Shown: positions 28,837 through 39,625 of the stretch, piece by piece
Layout: every line of letters begins with the position of its first letter
Position numbering within the stretch: the first letter of the stretch is position 1
DNA from: Chthonomonadaceae bacterium
GTDB lineage: Bacteria > Armatimonadota > Chthonomonadetes > Chthonomonadales > Chthonomonadaceae
Direction: 5' to 3'
DNA: 64,000 bases
NCBI GenBank assembly: GCA_035650735.1
Contig: DASRGZ010000198.1
Location: forward strand, 1 to 64,000
Program-made: the position numbers and the translations under genes
Notes under the pieces: generated by a model
Seen by the model: the letters and a program-made list of their open reading frames with translations, nothing else
Databases searched by the model: none
What the model was told of the DNA's origin: nothing

Positions 28837-29844
28837 TCAGATGCGAATGGGAACGCGCTGGCCGGTAGTAGCCGACTCGATAGCCCCGAACACCATCGCC
28901 AAGCTCTTAATGTTGTCGTGGCACTCGCCCATCGGGGTGGCACCGGTCTTAAGGGCATGAAGAAAATCGCGCAGCGACCCGGCGATGCCGTGGTGTCCCT
29001 CCTCTACATGTGCTGCGTGCGCCTCGGTCTTATGGTGGAACCCGGTCTTTTCGACCACCACGTCGGCTACGGGCGCGCCGTGCCCGTCCCAGGTCGCCGT
29101 GCCGTTGGGGCCGACCGCGCGCCATTCTCCCTCCCAGGAGGTATGTCGTCCCTCACTGCACCAGGAACCGGCATACAGGTAGCGCAGGCCGTCCGTCATC
29201 TCGAACAGGGCGTTGGCGCAGGCATCGCCCTGGTACCAGCTCCACGCCGGGTTATACTCCTCGCAGTAGACGGAGATGGGGTCGGCGTCGCTGAGGTAGC
29301 GCGCGGCGTCGAAGGTATGGATCGCCATATCGAGCACGAGCACGTGCGCCATCTCGTCTCGGAAGCCGCCAAAGTGAGCGCCGAGGAAGAAATCGGACTT
29401 GAGGATGCCCAGCGGCCCGATAAGCTGCTCGATTAGCCCACGGAAGGCGTGCAGGCGGGGATCGTAGCGGCGGCTCTGGCTGACCATGTAGAGCTTGCCC
29501 GCTTTCTCGGAGGCCGCGACCATCTCCCGCGCCTGTTCCATCGAGGCGGCCATCGGCTTCTCGCCCAGGACGGGCAGCCCCGCCGCCAATGCCTGTAGCG
29601 TGACGTCGCGATGCGCCTCCGGGACGGTGACATCCACCACGAAATCGGGCTTCGTCTCCGCGATGGCCTTGCCCAGGTCGTCCCCGGTATAGATACCGGC
29701 AAATCCCAGCTCGTCGGCGGCCGAGGCGGCCGCTTCGGGGCGAATATCCACCCAGCCGACTACCTGCGTCTCCTCGCAATCCTTGAGGTTGCGGCCCCAC
29801 GAGCGGCCCATGCCGCCCGCCCCGACAATCAACGCCTTAGCCAT
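28837..29844 (-). CDS. Gfo/Idh/MocA family oxidoreductase
   Basis: IVGAGGMG, VLGEKP, DMAIHTFD. Confidence 0.92.
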   Translation of the reverse strand: MAKALIVGAGGMGRSWGRNLKDCEETQVVGWVDIRPEAAASAADELGFAGIYTGDDLGKAIAETKPDFVVDVTVPEAHRDVTLQALAAGLPVLGEKPMAASMEQAREMVAASEKAGKLYMVSQSRRYDPRLHAFRGLIEQLIGPLGILKSDFFLGAHFGGFRDEMAHVLVLDMAIHTFDAARYLSDADPISVYCEEYNPAWSWYQGDACANALFEMTDGLRYLYAGSWCSEGRHTSWEGEWRAVGPNGTATWDGHGAPVADVVVEKTGFHHKTEAHAAHVEEGHHGIAGSLRDFLHALKTGATPMGECHDNIKSLAMVFGAIESATTGQRVPIRI

Positions 29845-29962
29845 GATTCCCCTGCCCTCTCCCTATTGGTAATGAATGGAACGCTTGCTCCGTCGCGCAC
29901 CGGAATTTGGAGACCTTGCTGCGCGCTGCGTCGCACTCTCAATGCTGGAATGACGGGAACGC

Positions 29963-30616
29963 TCACTCCGTCAGGCCGTGCCGCGCGGCCAGCATGGCCG
30001 CCTCCGTCCTATCGTTGACCTGGAGCTTGAACAGAATATTGCTGATGTGGTTTTTGACGGTTTTCTCCGAGATATACAGGGCTTCGGCAATCTCCCGGTT
30101 GCGCTTGCCGGTGGCGACCTCCTTCAAAACCTCGATTTCCCGGTCCGTCAGCTCGGAAAAGAGTTTAAGGTCGGCGGCGCGCTGCGCGCTGATGCGGTTG
30201 AACTCGGTCAGGACACGGGCCGCGATGGAGGGGTGCAGCAGGCCGTCCCCGTGTGCGATAGCGCGGATGGCGGCCACCGTCTCCTCCGGGGGACTGTCCT
30301 TGAGCACATAGCCGAGCGCGCCCGCCTTGATGGCCTGGAACACGTTGGCGTCGTCATGGTAGATGGTGAGGATACAGACGCCTACGTTGGGCATCTCTTG
30401 CTTTACTTTCTGGGTAAGCTCAATGCCGTTCATTTTGGGCATATTGATGTCGGTCAGCAGCACGTCCGGCGTCTTTTCGCGCACCAGGCACAGCGCCCGC
30501 TCACCGTCTCCTGCCTGCCCGACGACCTCAATATCGTCCTCCAGCACCAGCAGCCGCGCCAACGCCTCGCGCGTCAGCCGCTCATCCTCCCCAATCACGA
30601 CCCGAATCCTGGCCAT
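29963..30616 (-). CDS. NarL/LuxR family response regulator
   Basis: ED, LLTDINMP, GYVLK; LTDREIEVL...NREIAEALYISEKTVKNH. Confidence 0.95.
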   Translation of the reverse strand: MARIRVVIGEDERLTREALARLLVLEDDIEVVGQAGDGERALCLVREKTPDVLLTDINMPKMNGIELTQKVKQEMPNVGVCILTIYHDDANVFQAIKAGALGYVLKDSPPEETVAAIRAIAHGDGLLHPSIAARVLTEFNRISAQRAADLKLFSELTDREIEVLKEVATGKRNREIAEALYISEKTVKNHISNILFKLQVNDRTEAAMLAARHGLTE

Positions 30617-30771
30617 GCCTGTCCCTCCGCCGTTAGTCCCTAGATACCTGGCTATTCGTTGCAGCGGGGTTACGTTCCTGCCGCCTGAAATCAGCAACAA
30701 TCCCTGCGCCGAAGCGTTGGGAATAAGCTAATCTCCGCCAGCTCTCAGCGAGGAGTTATAGAAACATAGCT

Positions 30772-33078
30772 TTACCTTTCCGCTCTGGCGATCACTCCGG
30801 ATTCCGGCAGGATATGCGCGGCGACATCGGTAGGGATGTCCGGCAGCGACAGTGGCAGCGCATGCCCCTGGCAGACAGCGGTTTGGTGTCCCGTCACTTC
30901 GCCACGCCAGGTATCCCACCACTCGATCCGATATCGTCCGTCCGGCAGGCCGTGCACCACCGTCTCTGCGCCGCTAATCGCCGGGATTGGCTTCTTCTCG
31001 GCGACGTTCTTCCAGTTATGCAGCGCGTTTTGCGCCCAGAGGATCGCCTGCCTGCCGTTGGAGAGCGCGTAGAGGTTCATCTGCGGATACCGGCTGCTGC
31101 GGTAGCCCGTGAGGGTAATACGCTCCAGGCTGGCCCAGTCCCCCTCCACATTATCGAGTGTGATGGCATGTTCGCCCGCAGGAACCTCAATGCCATAGTC
31201 CTTATGGTACTGGGCGACCCAGTTGCCGTACTGCTTATTCTGTTCTGTCTTCTCGTATTCCGGCTTGACGTTGGGATCCGAGGAGGGCGCGGCGGCAAGC
31301 GCGATCTCGCGCACCGGCCTGCCGTCCAGCAGAAAGCGGATGCGGGCAAAGGTGGAAACCTCGTTCACGCGAACGATAAACCGGCCCGGATGCGTGAAAC
31401 GGACGTGGAAGGTCGGCGTCGTGCGCAGGTCCGCTTTTCCCGGTGAATAGAGGTACTGGGGAAGCGTGGCGCTGCCCGCCAGGCCCTGCGGCGTGATCGT
31501 GAATTCCGAAAAGTTGTTTTTGCCCCAGCCGCTATTGACGGGCAAGGTCAGGTCGGTGAAGGTTTCCGGGCCGCTCAGTACGCGCGCCGGGTCCACGGCA
31601 AGAGGTTTCCAGACGCCGCTCGTCCAGGGAACCGTGTCGGCGAAGCGCCGGGCTGAGGTAAACGGCGCGTAAAGGTGCAGGGGATGGACATAGTTATCCC
31701 ACCACCAGAGCATCGCCGTTCCCGTATCTCCGGTCGCCATCGCCGCCCACATGCCGTTATGCATATTGACGCCGTGCCCTTCCGGGTCGTACTTGCGGTC
31801 GGTATCGCGCCAATCAATGCCGAACTCGGCCATCAGGTGCGGCTTGTCGTAGCCAAAGAAGTGGCGCGCGTCGCTGGCGACGACCGGGGCGTGATCGGCG
31901 ATGTCGCCGGTTCCATAGTGGTGGGTCTGCGTGAAGTCCACCTCCGGAATCTTCCAGATCGCGTCGTTGCCGTAGGTGTTCGTAATCAGGTGCCGGTAGG
32001 GATCCAGGATATGCCCCTGGAACGCGCCCGTTCCTTTCAGAAACTGCGCCATTTCGCCTACCCAGAAGGCCGGAGGATTGGCTTCGTTCCAGAACTCCCA
32101 CGCCTGAATGCCCGTGCGATAGCCGTACCGCGCCACGATATAGCGTAATCGGCGCCGATAGAGTTTGCGCGCCGTGGGATTGGTCCAGAAATCCTCCGGC
32201 CTGGCGCAGGGGCCGCCATTGGCCGCATTATAGGGATTGTGCGGCCACTGCCCTTCGCCAAAGAAGCCGCCCGTGGTAAACTCGCCGTAGGTTCCGAAGG
32301 TGAGCATGGTGTAGATGCCGTGACTCTCTGCCAGGTCCAGGATTTTATCCAGCTTCCAAGCGTTGGCCAGGTTATAGACGCCCAGGCCGTGATACCATCC
32401 GGTGCTCCACTTGTCTTTGATGTCCTGCATCCACTCCAGGCCCGTGTTCCAGGTGTTCATCCAGACCCGAATCCAGTTGCCGCCCGCCTTTCCCAGCGCG
32501 CTCAGCCAGTCCTCATAATCATAGGTGCCGCGCGATCCGCCCCATCCCATGTTTTCCCCGACCGCGAAGTAGGGCTTTTCGCCATCAAAGGCAAACACAT
32601 GCGGATTGCGACGGCTCCGGCGGATAAATCCCGGATTGCGCGAAGGAATCACCCGGAAAGTGCGGGCCGGCAGGCGCACGGTTCCTGTCCTGTCGCGGGC
32701 CGCGATCCGGTATTTCCAGACGCCGACGGTATCCGGGGCGAAGCGCACCTTCCAGACAGGCCGGGCAGTCGGCTCCAGGGTTTCGTTCCTGCCCTCCAGA
32801 TGCCGCACGTACTCCTGGTACAAAAAGCCATCTACCGTGACCGTCTTGCCCTGCGGGCTCGTGAATTGGGCCGTGACAGCGATCTCTTCGGGATCGAAGG
32901 GATTGGCATAGTTGGCGCGGAGATCGAGCGTCAGATCCAGCTTGTGGTAACGCGGCACTGTCTGAAGGTTGCTGGTCACGGAACGGAGGGCTAATTTCTC
33001 ATGATCGGCAAAAGGCGTTTCCGCCTGCGCGAGAGGACCGAACGGCAGCGTCAGCGCTGCCGCCAGAAGAAGATACAT
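30772..33078 (-). CDS. Secreted glycoside hydrolase (DUF5060-like N-terminus + GH5-like barrel)
   Basis: Signal peptide; NPFDP, WKVRFAP; WEFWNE and MAEFG catalytic glutamates; WWWD. Confidence 0.82.
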   Translation of the reverse strand: MYLLLAAALTLPFGPLAQAETPFADHEKLALRSVTSNLQTVPRYHKLDLTLDLRANYANPFDPEEIAVTAQFTSPQGKTVTVDGFLYQEYVRHLEGRNETLEPTARPVWKVRFAPDTVGVWKYRIAARDRTGTVRLPARTFRVIPSRNPGFIRRSRRNPHVFAFDGEKPYFAVGENMGWGGSRGTYDYEDWLSALGKAGGNWIRVWMNTWNTGLEWMQDIKDKWSTGWYHGLGVYNLANAWKLDKILDLAESHGIYTMLTFGTYGEFTTGGFFGEGQWPHNPYNAANGGPCARPEDFWTNPTARKLYRRRLRYIVARYGYRTGIQAWEFWNEANPPAFWVGEMAQFLKGTGAFQGHILDPYRHLITNTYGNDAIWKIPEVDFTQTHHYGTGDIADHAPVVASDARHFFGYDKPHLMAEFGIDWRDTDRKYDPEGHGVNMHNGMWAAMATGDTGTAMLWWWDNYVHPLHLYAPFTSARRFADTVPWTSGVWKPLAVDPARVLSGPETFTDLTLPVNSGWGKNNFSEFTITPQGLAGSATLPQYLYSPGKADLRTTPTFHVRFTHPGRFIVRVNEVSTFARIRFLLDGRPVREIALAAAPSSDPNVKPEYEKTEQNKQYGNWVAQYHKDYGIEVPAGEHAITLDNVEGDWASLERITLTGYRSSRYPQMNLYALSNGRQAILWAQNALHNWKNVAEKKPIPAISGAETVVHGLPDGRYRIEWWDTWRGEVTGHQTAVCQGHALPLSLPDIPTDVAAHILPESGVIARAER

Positions 33079-33543
33079 GGCACACTCCTTAAAAGATTCA
33101 CCACCCACCTTCGGCTAGAGACACAGAGGCACAGAGACAGACCGGAGAATCCGCGAAGAACGCGAACATTCATCCGCAGTTTGTGGTGAGGAAGGCCCAG
33201 GGAAGATATGGGTAGGTACGCCTGCGGCATATTCTGATTCTACCGCAACTAGTGTTATTTTGTTTAAGCAAATTTTCATATTGCGGAGGAGGCAGGGAAC
33301 CTATCTTGCGCGCGCAGTCTAAAAGGTAGGCGACTACAAATGTAGCTGTGGTGCGAGCAATACTGACTACAGCCGTCGTCCAGCAAGTAAAAGGAGGAGG
33401 ATGCCATTGATAACAGGATGAGCGTTACCATCTGTTGCTGCCATCGTCGTTTTGCTGCTTTTGCCCAACGCGGCTTCAGGGAAATCGAGAGATTTACTTC
33501 ATCAGGGAGATTTCTGCCATCTCAGAAAAGAGGAGATTCACCC

Positions 33544-35028
33544 ATGCGTTACTTGCTTCGAGGAATGCTTACCCTCATTGCGTTCCTGATGTGCCTGCCT
33601 ACCTTAGCGCAAACGCGCTATAGCATTATCAAATTAGCCATTCCTGCCGGTTATGAGAGCGCCTCTGTCCAGGGCATCAATAACCGGGGGCAGGTGGTCG
33701 GCAGCGCGACCCGTGCGGATCTAACCCCCTACTACCACGAAACGACCCACGCCATCCTCTGGGACCCGATCCAGGGGATAAAAGACCTCGGCACGCTCGG
33801 CGGTAGCAATAGCAAAGCGGCTTCTATCAACAATCTTGGACAGGTCACGGGGCAGTCAGAGACGAACCTGGTGGCGCCAACCGGCCAGGTCATCACCCAC
33901 GCCTTTCTCTGGGACCCTCTTCTCGGGATGCAGGATGTCACTCCCCCGTCCGGCTATCTCTTTGGCTTCGGCTTTGGCATCAATGATCTGGGGCAGATAG
34001 CCGGCCAGGCGATACGCATCCTGGGACCGAACGCCTCCGTGGCTGTCCGCTGGGATAGTCCCACCAGCGCCCGCAACCTCGGCACGCTGGGCACAGGCGA
34101 CTCATCCAGTTACGCTTTAGGCATCAACAACTTGGGCCATGTGGTCGGCCAATCGGGAATTTCTGTCCGGAATAGCTTCGGTTATTTCCCGTATCACGCC
34201 TTCCTCTGGGACAGCGTGCACGGCATGCGCGACCTCGGTTCCCTGGCTCCGGCGGCAGGGAATTACAGTGAGGCGAAGGCAGTGAACGACCTCGATCAGG
34301 TCGTCGGATGGACGGAAACGCCCGAAGACGGCCCGCAGGCTTTTCTCTGGACAGAAGACGCAGGAATGCAAAACCTGGGCGTTCTTCCCATCCCAGGAGG
34401 AGGCGGAAGCAGCGCTGTTGCCATCAATAACGCAACCCAGGTCGTTGGGGGGTCCATCATTCGCGGTGGCCTGGGCCGGGCCTTCCTGTGGGATCGCGCA
34501 CACGGCATGGTGGACCTCAACTTCCTGATCCCCGGCGGCAACGGATTCGTGATGCTCGGCGCACTCGGCATCAACGCACAGGGCCAGATCATTGCGGCAG
34601 GCAACGACAACAACGACCCCATAACCAACGGCCCTCCCAATAGCGTCTTTCTGCTGACGCCCAATCCGCCTGCACTTACCTTCGCGGTGGATAAGACGGC
34701 GCAGGTCCGCGTCAGTCGCTCCGGTTTTCGCGGGAACTATGCCAGCTTCACGCTTTTCCAGACACTGACGCTCAAAAACGTAGGCAGCACGCCAATCCAG
34801 GGGCCGATCTCTGTGGTTCTGGACGGCCTGGACCCGGCGACGCTGGTCGCCAACCGCAGCGCGGCGACCAACTACATCGCTCCGCTATACAGCCAGTACA
34901 TCAACGCCAACCTGGGGCCAGGGAATCGGCTTGCGCCGGGCGCGTCCGTCAACGTCAGACCCCAATTCTTGCCCTATGGCGACCTCTTCTACAGCACGCG
35001 AATACTGGCCGGCCCCGGCGCACGCTGA
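33544..35028 (+). CDS. Secreted HAF-repeat (beta-propeller-like) protein
   Basis: Repeated INNxGQVVG...HAFLW...DLGTLG units; signal peptide; AGGAG RBS. Confidence 0.9.
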   Translation: MRYLLRGMLTLIAFLMCLPTLAQTRYSIIKLAIPAGYESASVQGINNRGQVVGSATRADLTPYYHETTHAILWDPIQGIKDLGTLGGSNSKAASINNLGQVTGQSETNLVAPTGQVITHAFLWDPLLGMQDVTPPSGYLFGFGFGINDLGQIAGQAIRILGPNASVAVRWDSPTSARNLGTLGTGDSSSYALGINNLGHVVGQSGISVRNSFGYFPYHAFLWDSVHGMRDLGSLAPAAGNYSEAKAVNDLDQVVGWTETPEDGPQAFLWTEDAGMQNLGVLPIPGGGGSSAVAINNATQVVGGSIIRGGLGRAFLWDRAHGMVDLNFLIPGGNGFVMLGALGINAQGQIIAAGNDNNDPITNGPPNSVFLLTPNPPALTFAVDKTAQVRVSRSGFRGNYASFTLFQTLTLKNVGSTPIQGPISVVLDGLDPATLVANRSAATNYIAPLYSQYINANLGPGNRLAPGASVNVRPQFLPYGDLFYSTRILAGPGAR

Positions 35029-35115
35029 TCTCTGCCCGAAAGGAACATACGATAGAGGCAGGTCGGTTCGCCATTCTCTGTTTGCTGATCTTCAAGCCGA
35101 AAGGAATAGATTTCC

Positions 35116-35802
35116 ATGAACAGAATCAGAAGGTGGTTCTCTTTTTTCCTGGCGACAGGAGCGTGCGCGACGCTGATCGCCCCTGCAAAGGGGCAAGCGC
35201 CTGTGTTCCTCCATGTGGATCTGGATACATCCGCCCTGGTCGGGCTGCCCAGCCCGCCAGCGCCCTTCTATCTGGATTTTCAACTCCTTGACGGCAGCCT
35301 GACTCTGGACGCGGTCAATACGGTAAAGATAGAGAATTTCCAATTCGGAGGCGGTATGCCTTCCGGGACGCCGCTCCCTACCGGCGATGCTGTGGGGGAT
35401 TTGTCCTCAACAGTTACGCTTCAGGATGATTTCTCTACCTTCAATGACTTTGTCCAGCCCTTCGTTCCAGGGAACAGGCTGAGCTTTGATGCCGTGCTGA
35501 CGACAAATGTAGATGCGGGAGGCACGCCGGACGAGTTCTCCTTCGCAATCTTGCAGCAAGCCAACAACTTCTTTGGGTTCGCGGAGATACCAACGGAAGG
35601 ACCGGGGGATGCTCTGCTCACCGTAGACCTGGACGGGCCGATCCCCACCTTGAATACCTACGGGTCGGACCTGACGCGGACAGACATCGCCCTGCCCGCG
35701 CCCGTTGCGCTGTTCGTGCCGGGACCGGGCGTATCTACGCTGCTGGCAAGCTTAGCTCTCTGCGGCGCGTGCCTTTCGCCCCTGCTCCGCCGCCGCATCT
35801 GA
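35116..35802 (+). CDS. PEP-CTERM-like secreted protein with variant VPGP sorting motif
   Basis: Signal peptide; VDLDTSAL, FYLDFQL; VPGPG + TM + RRR. Confidence 0.78.
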   Translation: MNRIRRWFSFFLATGACATLIAPAKGQAPVFLHVDLDTSALVGLPSPPAPFYLDFQLLDGSLTLDAVNTVKIENFQFGGGMPSGTPLPTGDAVGDLSSTVTLQDDFSTFNDFVQPFVPGNRLSFDAVLTTNVDAGGTPDEFSFAILQQANNFFGFAEIPTEGPGDALLTVDLDGPIPTLNTYGSDLTRTDIALPAPVALFVPGPGVSTLLASLALCGACLSPLLRRRI

Positions 35803-35840
35803 TCGCCGTACCCCAATACAGCAGCCCTCCCTGCGCGGTT

Positions 35841-36022
35841 TACCTAACCCCCCGCCCCCCTTCCCTACTCGCTCGTACCTCGCTAGGGAAGGGGGGGACA
35901 CAAGCTTGTGCCTCTGATGGCGGCTCCTCTTGACTTCCCCGTGGCGTACCGCCTTCCGACACCCCCTTCCCTACGAGGGAAGGGGGACGGGGGGTTAGGT
36001 CAGGAAGAGCCGGGGGTGAGGG
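35841..36022. repeat. REP-like inverted repeat pair
   Basis: acctaacccccc...ccccttcccta...agggaagggg and ccccttccctacgagggaaggggg...ggggggttaggt. Confidence 0.75.
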
Positions 36023-36103
36023 CTATTTCTGGGCGGCATGTTGCGGTTCGACGGAGGCCAACACGACCGATCTCGGAATGCAGGCTGTAAGCAATGCCCT
36101 CGG

Positions 36104-37315
36104 TCAGCGGAACAGCTTTGGGGCGAACTCGATCAGATAGTTCCGCCAGTTGATCCAAGTGTGCCCGCCTGGCGACTCCGCGTAGACCACATCGAAGCCA
36201 TGCTTCTTGAACAGGTCTACCGTAGCCTTGGTGGTCGCAAGCAGAAAATCGTCTTTTCCCGTGCTAAACCACAGCAGCTTCAGGCCCTTCTTCAGGTTGG
36301 CGTCGTCCAACTCGGCTCGGTGCTGCTCTTCCCAGGGAAAGGGCGCGTTTGCGGGTGCGGCAGAAGCCTCGGAGCCTGCCGGCCTGGGTGGGCCGACAAT
36401 GCCGAAGAGGCCCGAGCTGTAGACGCCGATGTAGGCGAACTTGTCCAGGTGGGGAATGGCGATGTTGAGGGTCTGGCTTCCACCCATGGACAGCCCGGCG
36501 ATGGCGCGGTTCTGCCGATCATTGAGGGTACGGTAGTTCTTCTCCACGTAGGGCATGATGTCGGTAACGAAGTCCTGCACGAACTCATCCACCGGCGGCG
36601 GGCTGCCGGGGCGCGGGGGCGTGAATCCGCCGAACGGGCGGGTGTGCCCGGCGGGCATCACGACAATCATGGGCTTGGCCTTCCCGGCCGCGATCAGGTT
36701 ATCCAGGATGAACCCGGCGCGTCCGACGGAAGGCCATGCATCGTCGCTGTCTGAGGCCCCGTGCAGCAAGTAGAAGACGGGGTACTTGCCCTTGCCCTGC
36801 TCGTAGCCGGGCGGGGTGTAGACGTGCATCCGGCGGAATTTGCCCAGGGCCGTCGAATAGTAGGTCACGGAGGCTACCGCGCCATGGGGGACATCCTTCG
36901 TGTCCATGAAGTCCGAGCCGGGGACGTAGACGAGGCTCCAGACGTTATTGTTGGACTCGCTCACGGACGGGCTGCGGGGGTCCACGACCGGGACGCCGTC
37001 CACGTTGAAGGTGTACCGGTACGCGCCGGGGTCGAGAGGGCCGAGCGTGACCTCCCAGACCCCGTTCTCGCCTTTGGTCATCGCTACGCCCGGCCCGACG
37101 CCCGGGATGTCGCTGCCCGTGAGGCGGACCGCCTGCGCCTGCGGCGCGAAGAGGCGGAGCGTGAGGCGCCGGTCCGCAGAGACCTCCGGCGACACGACGG
37201 GCGGGGGCGGCTGTTCGCGACCGGGCGCCGGGGGTTGGGCGCAGGCGGCCGCCGCCAGACCGACTATCGGAATGAGGATGCCCGCGATACGATGGAGCAT
37301 CATGTCGATGTTCAT
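36104..37315 (-). CDS. Secreted esterase (CE1-like) with N-terminal CBM48/E-set domain
   Basis: SPEV, GVWEVT, VYTPPGY, YLLHG, GLSMGG, GGHTW. Confidence 0.9.
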   Translation of the reverse strand: MNIDMMLHRIAGILIPIVGLAAAACAQPPAPGREQPPPPVVSPEVSADRRLTLRLFAPQAQAVRLTGSDIPGVGPGVAMTKGENGVWEVTLGPLDPGAYRYTFNVDGVPVVDPRSPSVSESNNNVWSLVYVPGSDFMDTKDVPHGAVASVTYYSTALGKFRRMHVYTPPGYEQGKGKYPVFYLLHGASDSDDAWPSVGRAGFILDNLIAAGKAKPMIVVMPAGHTRPFGGFTPPRPGSPPPVDEFVQDFVTDIMPYVEKNYRTLNDRQNRAIAGLSMGGSQTLNIAIPHLDKFAYIGVYSSGLFGIVGPPRPAGSEASAAPANAPFPWEEQHRAELDDANLKKGLKLLWFSTGKDDFLLATTKATVDLFKKHGFDVVYAESPGGHTWINWRNYLIEFAPKLFR

Positions 37316-37339
37316 GTTCTCTCCTTCCTGGGATGTCAT

Positions 37340-39622
37340 TTAGCGAGTCGCGGCGCCCTGTAGCTGCATTGTGCCGGCGAGGGGAGTTGACCGCGACGAC
37401 CCGCCCACAAACACCTTGTATTCTCCGGGCACGAGCTCCCAATCCTCCTTTTCGGCGTTGAAGATGGAGAGAAACTGCGGCTCCAGCACCAGGGTGATCG
37501 TCTTCGAGGCGCCGGGGGCCAATTGCACCTTTTCCCAGGCGACCAGCCGCCGGGGCGGCTCGTTCGCCACAGAGGGAAGTCCAATGTAGACCTGCGCGAT
37601 CTCCGCGCCCGCGCGCTTGCCCGTGTTCCTCACGGTAAACGTCACGCGGCCCGGCGCCGCCTCCAGCCCGGAATAGGCGAAGGTGGTATACGAGAGGCCA
37701 TGGCCGAACGGGAAGAGCGGCTCTTTTCCCTCGGCGTCGAACCACTTATAACCGACCTTCAGCCCTTCGGTGTAGTCTATGTCGAAAGGCGGCAGTTGCG
37801 GGAACTTGGGCGCGTCGGGCGGGGCGCCGGGGAACGCCACCATTCGCGGGGTGAGCGTGGACCCGGGAATCTGCGGGTGCGGGAGGTCGGCCTCCGTCCG
37901 GGCGAAGGTGACAGGCAGCTTCGCCGACGGGTTGACGTCACCGAAAAGAATGTTGGCGAGGGCCTCCGCGCCGCGAATGCCGGGATACCAGGCGGCCAGC
38001 ACGCCGCTCGCCCGATCCACCCACGGCATCGTCACCGGCCCGCCTGTCTCCAGCACCACAATCGTGCGCGGATTGGCCGCGGCCACAGCGTCTACCAGGG
38101 CGTCCTGATGGTCAGGGAGGGCCAGCGTGGCGGCGTCCCGTCCTTCGCTCATCGGCTGATTGACGAAGACAATCGCAACCTCCGCCTGGCGGGCCAGGGC
38201 TGCCGCCGCGGCCGGATCGTCTCCCGAATCGTAGGTGATCTGGGCTTTCGGGGCCTTCGCTCTCAGCGCCTTGAGCGGCGAGGACGGGTAGTAAACCACG
38301 CGACCGAAGAAAGGCGGGCTTCCGGGAGGGGGCGGCGGAGGCGTGATCGCGTTGCCGCCGGGCGGATCTACCTGCGCCGAGCCGCCTCCGGAAAGGACCC
38401 CCACGTCCGCATGGGAGCCGATGACGGCGATGGAGCGAATGCGGCTTGCGTTCAACGGGAGCAGGCCGCGCTCATTCTTCAACAGCACAATGCTCTGCTC
38501 CGCCACGCGCTGGGCCACGTCTAGGCCGCCGAAGACATCCACGACCTTAGGAACGGGAGGATAATCCACAATGCCGGAGGCGAACTCGGTGCGGAGGATG
38601 CGGTGAACCATATCGTTCAGGCGTGACATAGGAACTTCGCCGTTCTGAACAGCCTTCTTGAGCGCTTCCCCGAAGTACTGACCGCCGGGCTGCTCCTGGT
38701 CGAGGCCCGCCAGCGCGGCCTTCACCGTGCTGTGCGTCCCACCCCAGTCGGAGAGGACGAAGCCCTTGAAGCCCCACGCCCGCTTAAGCACGTCCGTCAG
38801 CAGATAGCTGTTCTCCGAGCAGTAGTCGCCATTCACGCGGTTGTAGGCGGCCATCACCATGCCCGCGTCTGACTCCTTGAGGGCGATCTGAAAGGCCAGG
38901 AGGTCGGTTTCACGCAGCGCGCGCTTATCCAGCCTGGCGTTGGCGACGTTGCGGCCCGTCTCCTGGTCGTTTACGGCATAATGCTTCAGGTCGCCGATGA
39001 CGTGCTGCTCTTGCAGGCCCCGCATCAGATGCCCCGCCATCCGGCCCGCCAGGATCGGGTCTTCGCCCTGGTACTCGAAGTTGCGTCCGTTGCGCGGTTC
39101 CCGCGCAATATCTACCCCGCCTGCTAAGGAGACGTTGTAGCCCTGATCGCGCAGCTCTCGGCCAATGAGCGCCCCGTATTCCTGCGCGAGGTCTGGGTCC
39201 CAACTGGCCGCCAGAGCGAGGGTCGAAGGCAGCGCCGTCGAGTAGCGGCTGCGCAGCGCCCCTCGGGTGACGCCGACCGAGGAGTCGGCCATGTTAAGGT
39301 CCGGGAGGCCCAGCCGGGGAATGCCGGGCACAATACCTGCGCCGCCATTGGAGCGGGCAAGCGCCGCGGCGGAAGCGGGGTCCGAGGGAGTCCCGAAGCC
39401 GGGGAAGCCCGCGCCATGCACGAGACTGATCTTCTCGTCGAGCGTCATCTCTGCAAGGACCATATCGGCGCGTTGGTCAGGTGACAGGCTCCTGTCCATC
39501 CAGGGGCCTTTGGGCGCCTGCGGCTGCCGCTGCCGAAACTGCCCGAGCGCCGGCGAACAGGCTGCTATCATGAGAAACAGACCCAGAACAACCCCAAAGC
39601 GAGAGACGTGCTGCAATGCCAT
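37340..39622 (-). CDS. Secreted GH3 beta-glucosidase
   Basis: MTLDEK, GRNFEY.GEDP, KHY, VLSDWGG, IVLLKN, FPFGHGLSYT. Confidence 0.94.
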   Translation of the reverse strand: MALQHVSRFGVVLGLFLMIAACSPALGQFRQRQPQAPKGPWMDRSLSPDQRADMVLAEMTLDEKISLVHGAGFPGFGTPSDPASAAALARSNGGAGIVPGIPRLGLPDLNMADSSVGVTRGALRSRYSTALPSTLALAASWDPDLAQEYGALIGRELRDQGYNVSLAGGVDIAREPRNGRNFEYQGEDPILAGRMAGHLMRGLQEQHVIGDLKHYAVNDQETGRNVANARLDKRALRETDLLAFQIALKESDAGMVMAAYNRVNGDYCSENSYLLTDVLKRAWGFKGFVLSDWGGTHSTVKAALAGLDQEQPGGQYFGEALKKAVQNGEVPMSRLNDMVHRILRTEFASGIVDYPPVPKVVDVFGGLDVAQRVAEQSIVLLKNERGLLPLNASRIRSIAVIGSHADVGVLSGGGSAQVDPPGGNAITPPPPPPGSPPFFGRVVYYPSSPLKALRAKAPKAQITYDSGDDPAAAAALARQAEVAIVFVNQPMSEGRDAATLALPDHQDALVDAVAAANPRTIVVLETGGPVTMPWVDRASGVLAAWYPGIRGAEALANILFGDVNPSAKLPVTFARTEADLPHPQIPGSTLTPRMVAFPGAPPDAPKFPQLPPFDIDYTEGLKVGYKWFDAEGKEPLFPFGHGLSYTTFAYSGLEAAPGRVTFTVRNTGKRAGAEIAQVYIGLPSVANEPPRRLVAWEKVQLAPGASKTITLVLEPQFLSIFNAEKEDWELVPGEYKVFVGGSSRSTPLAGTMQLQGAATR

Positions 39623-39625
39623 GGT

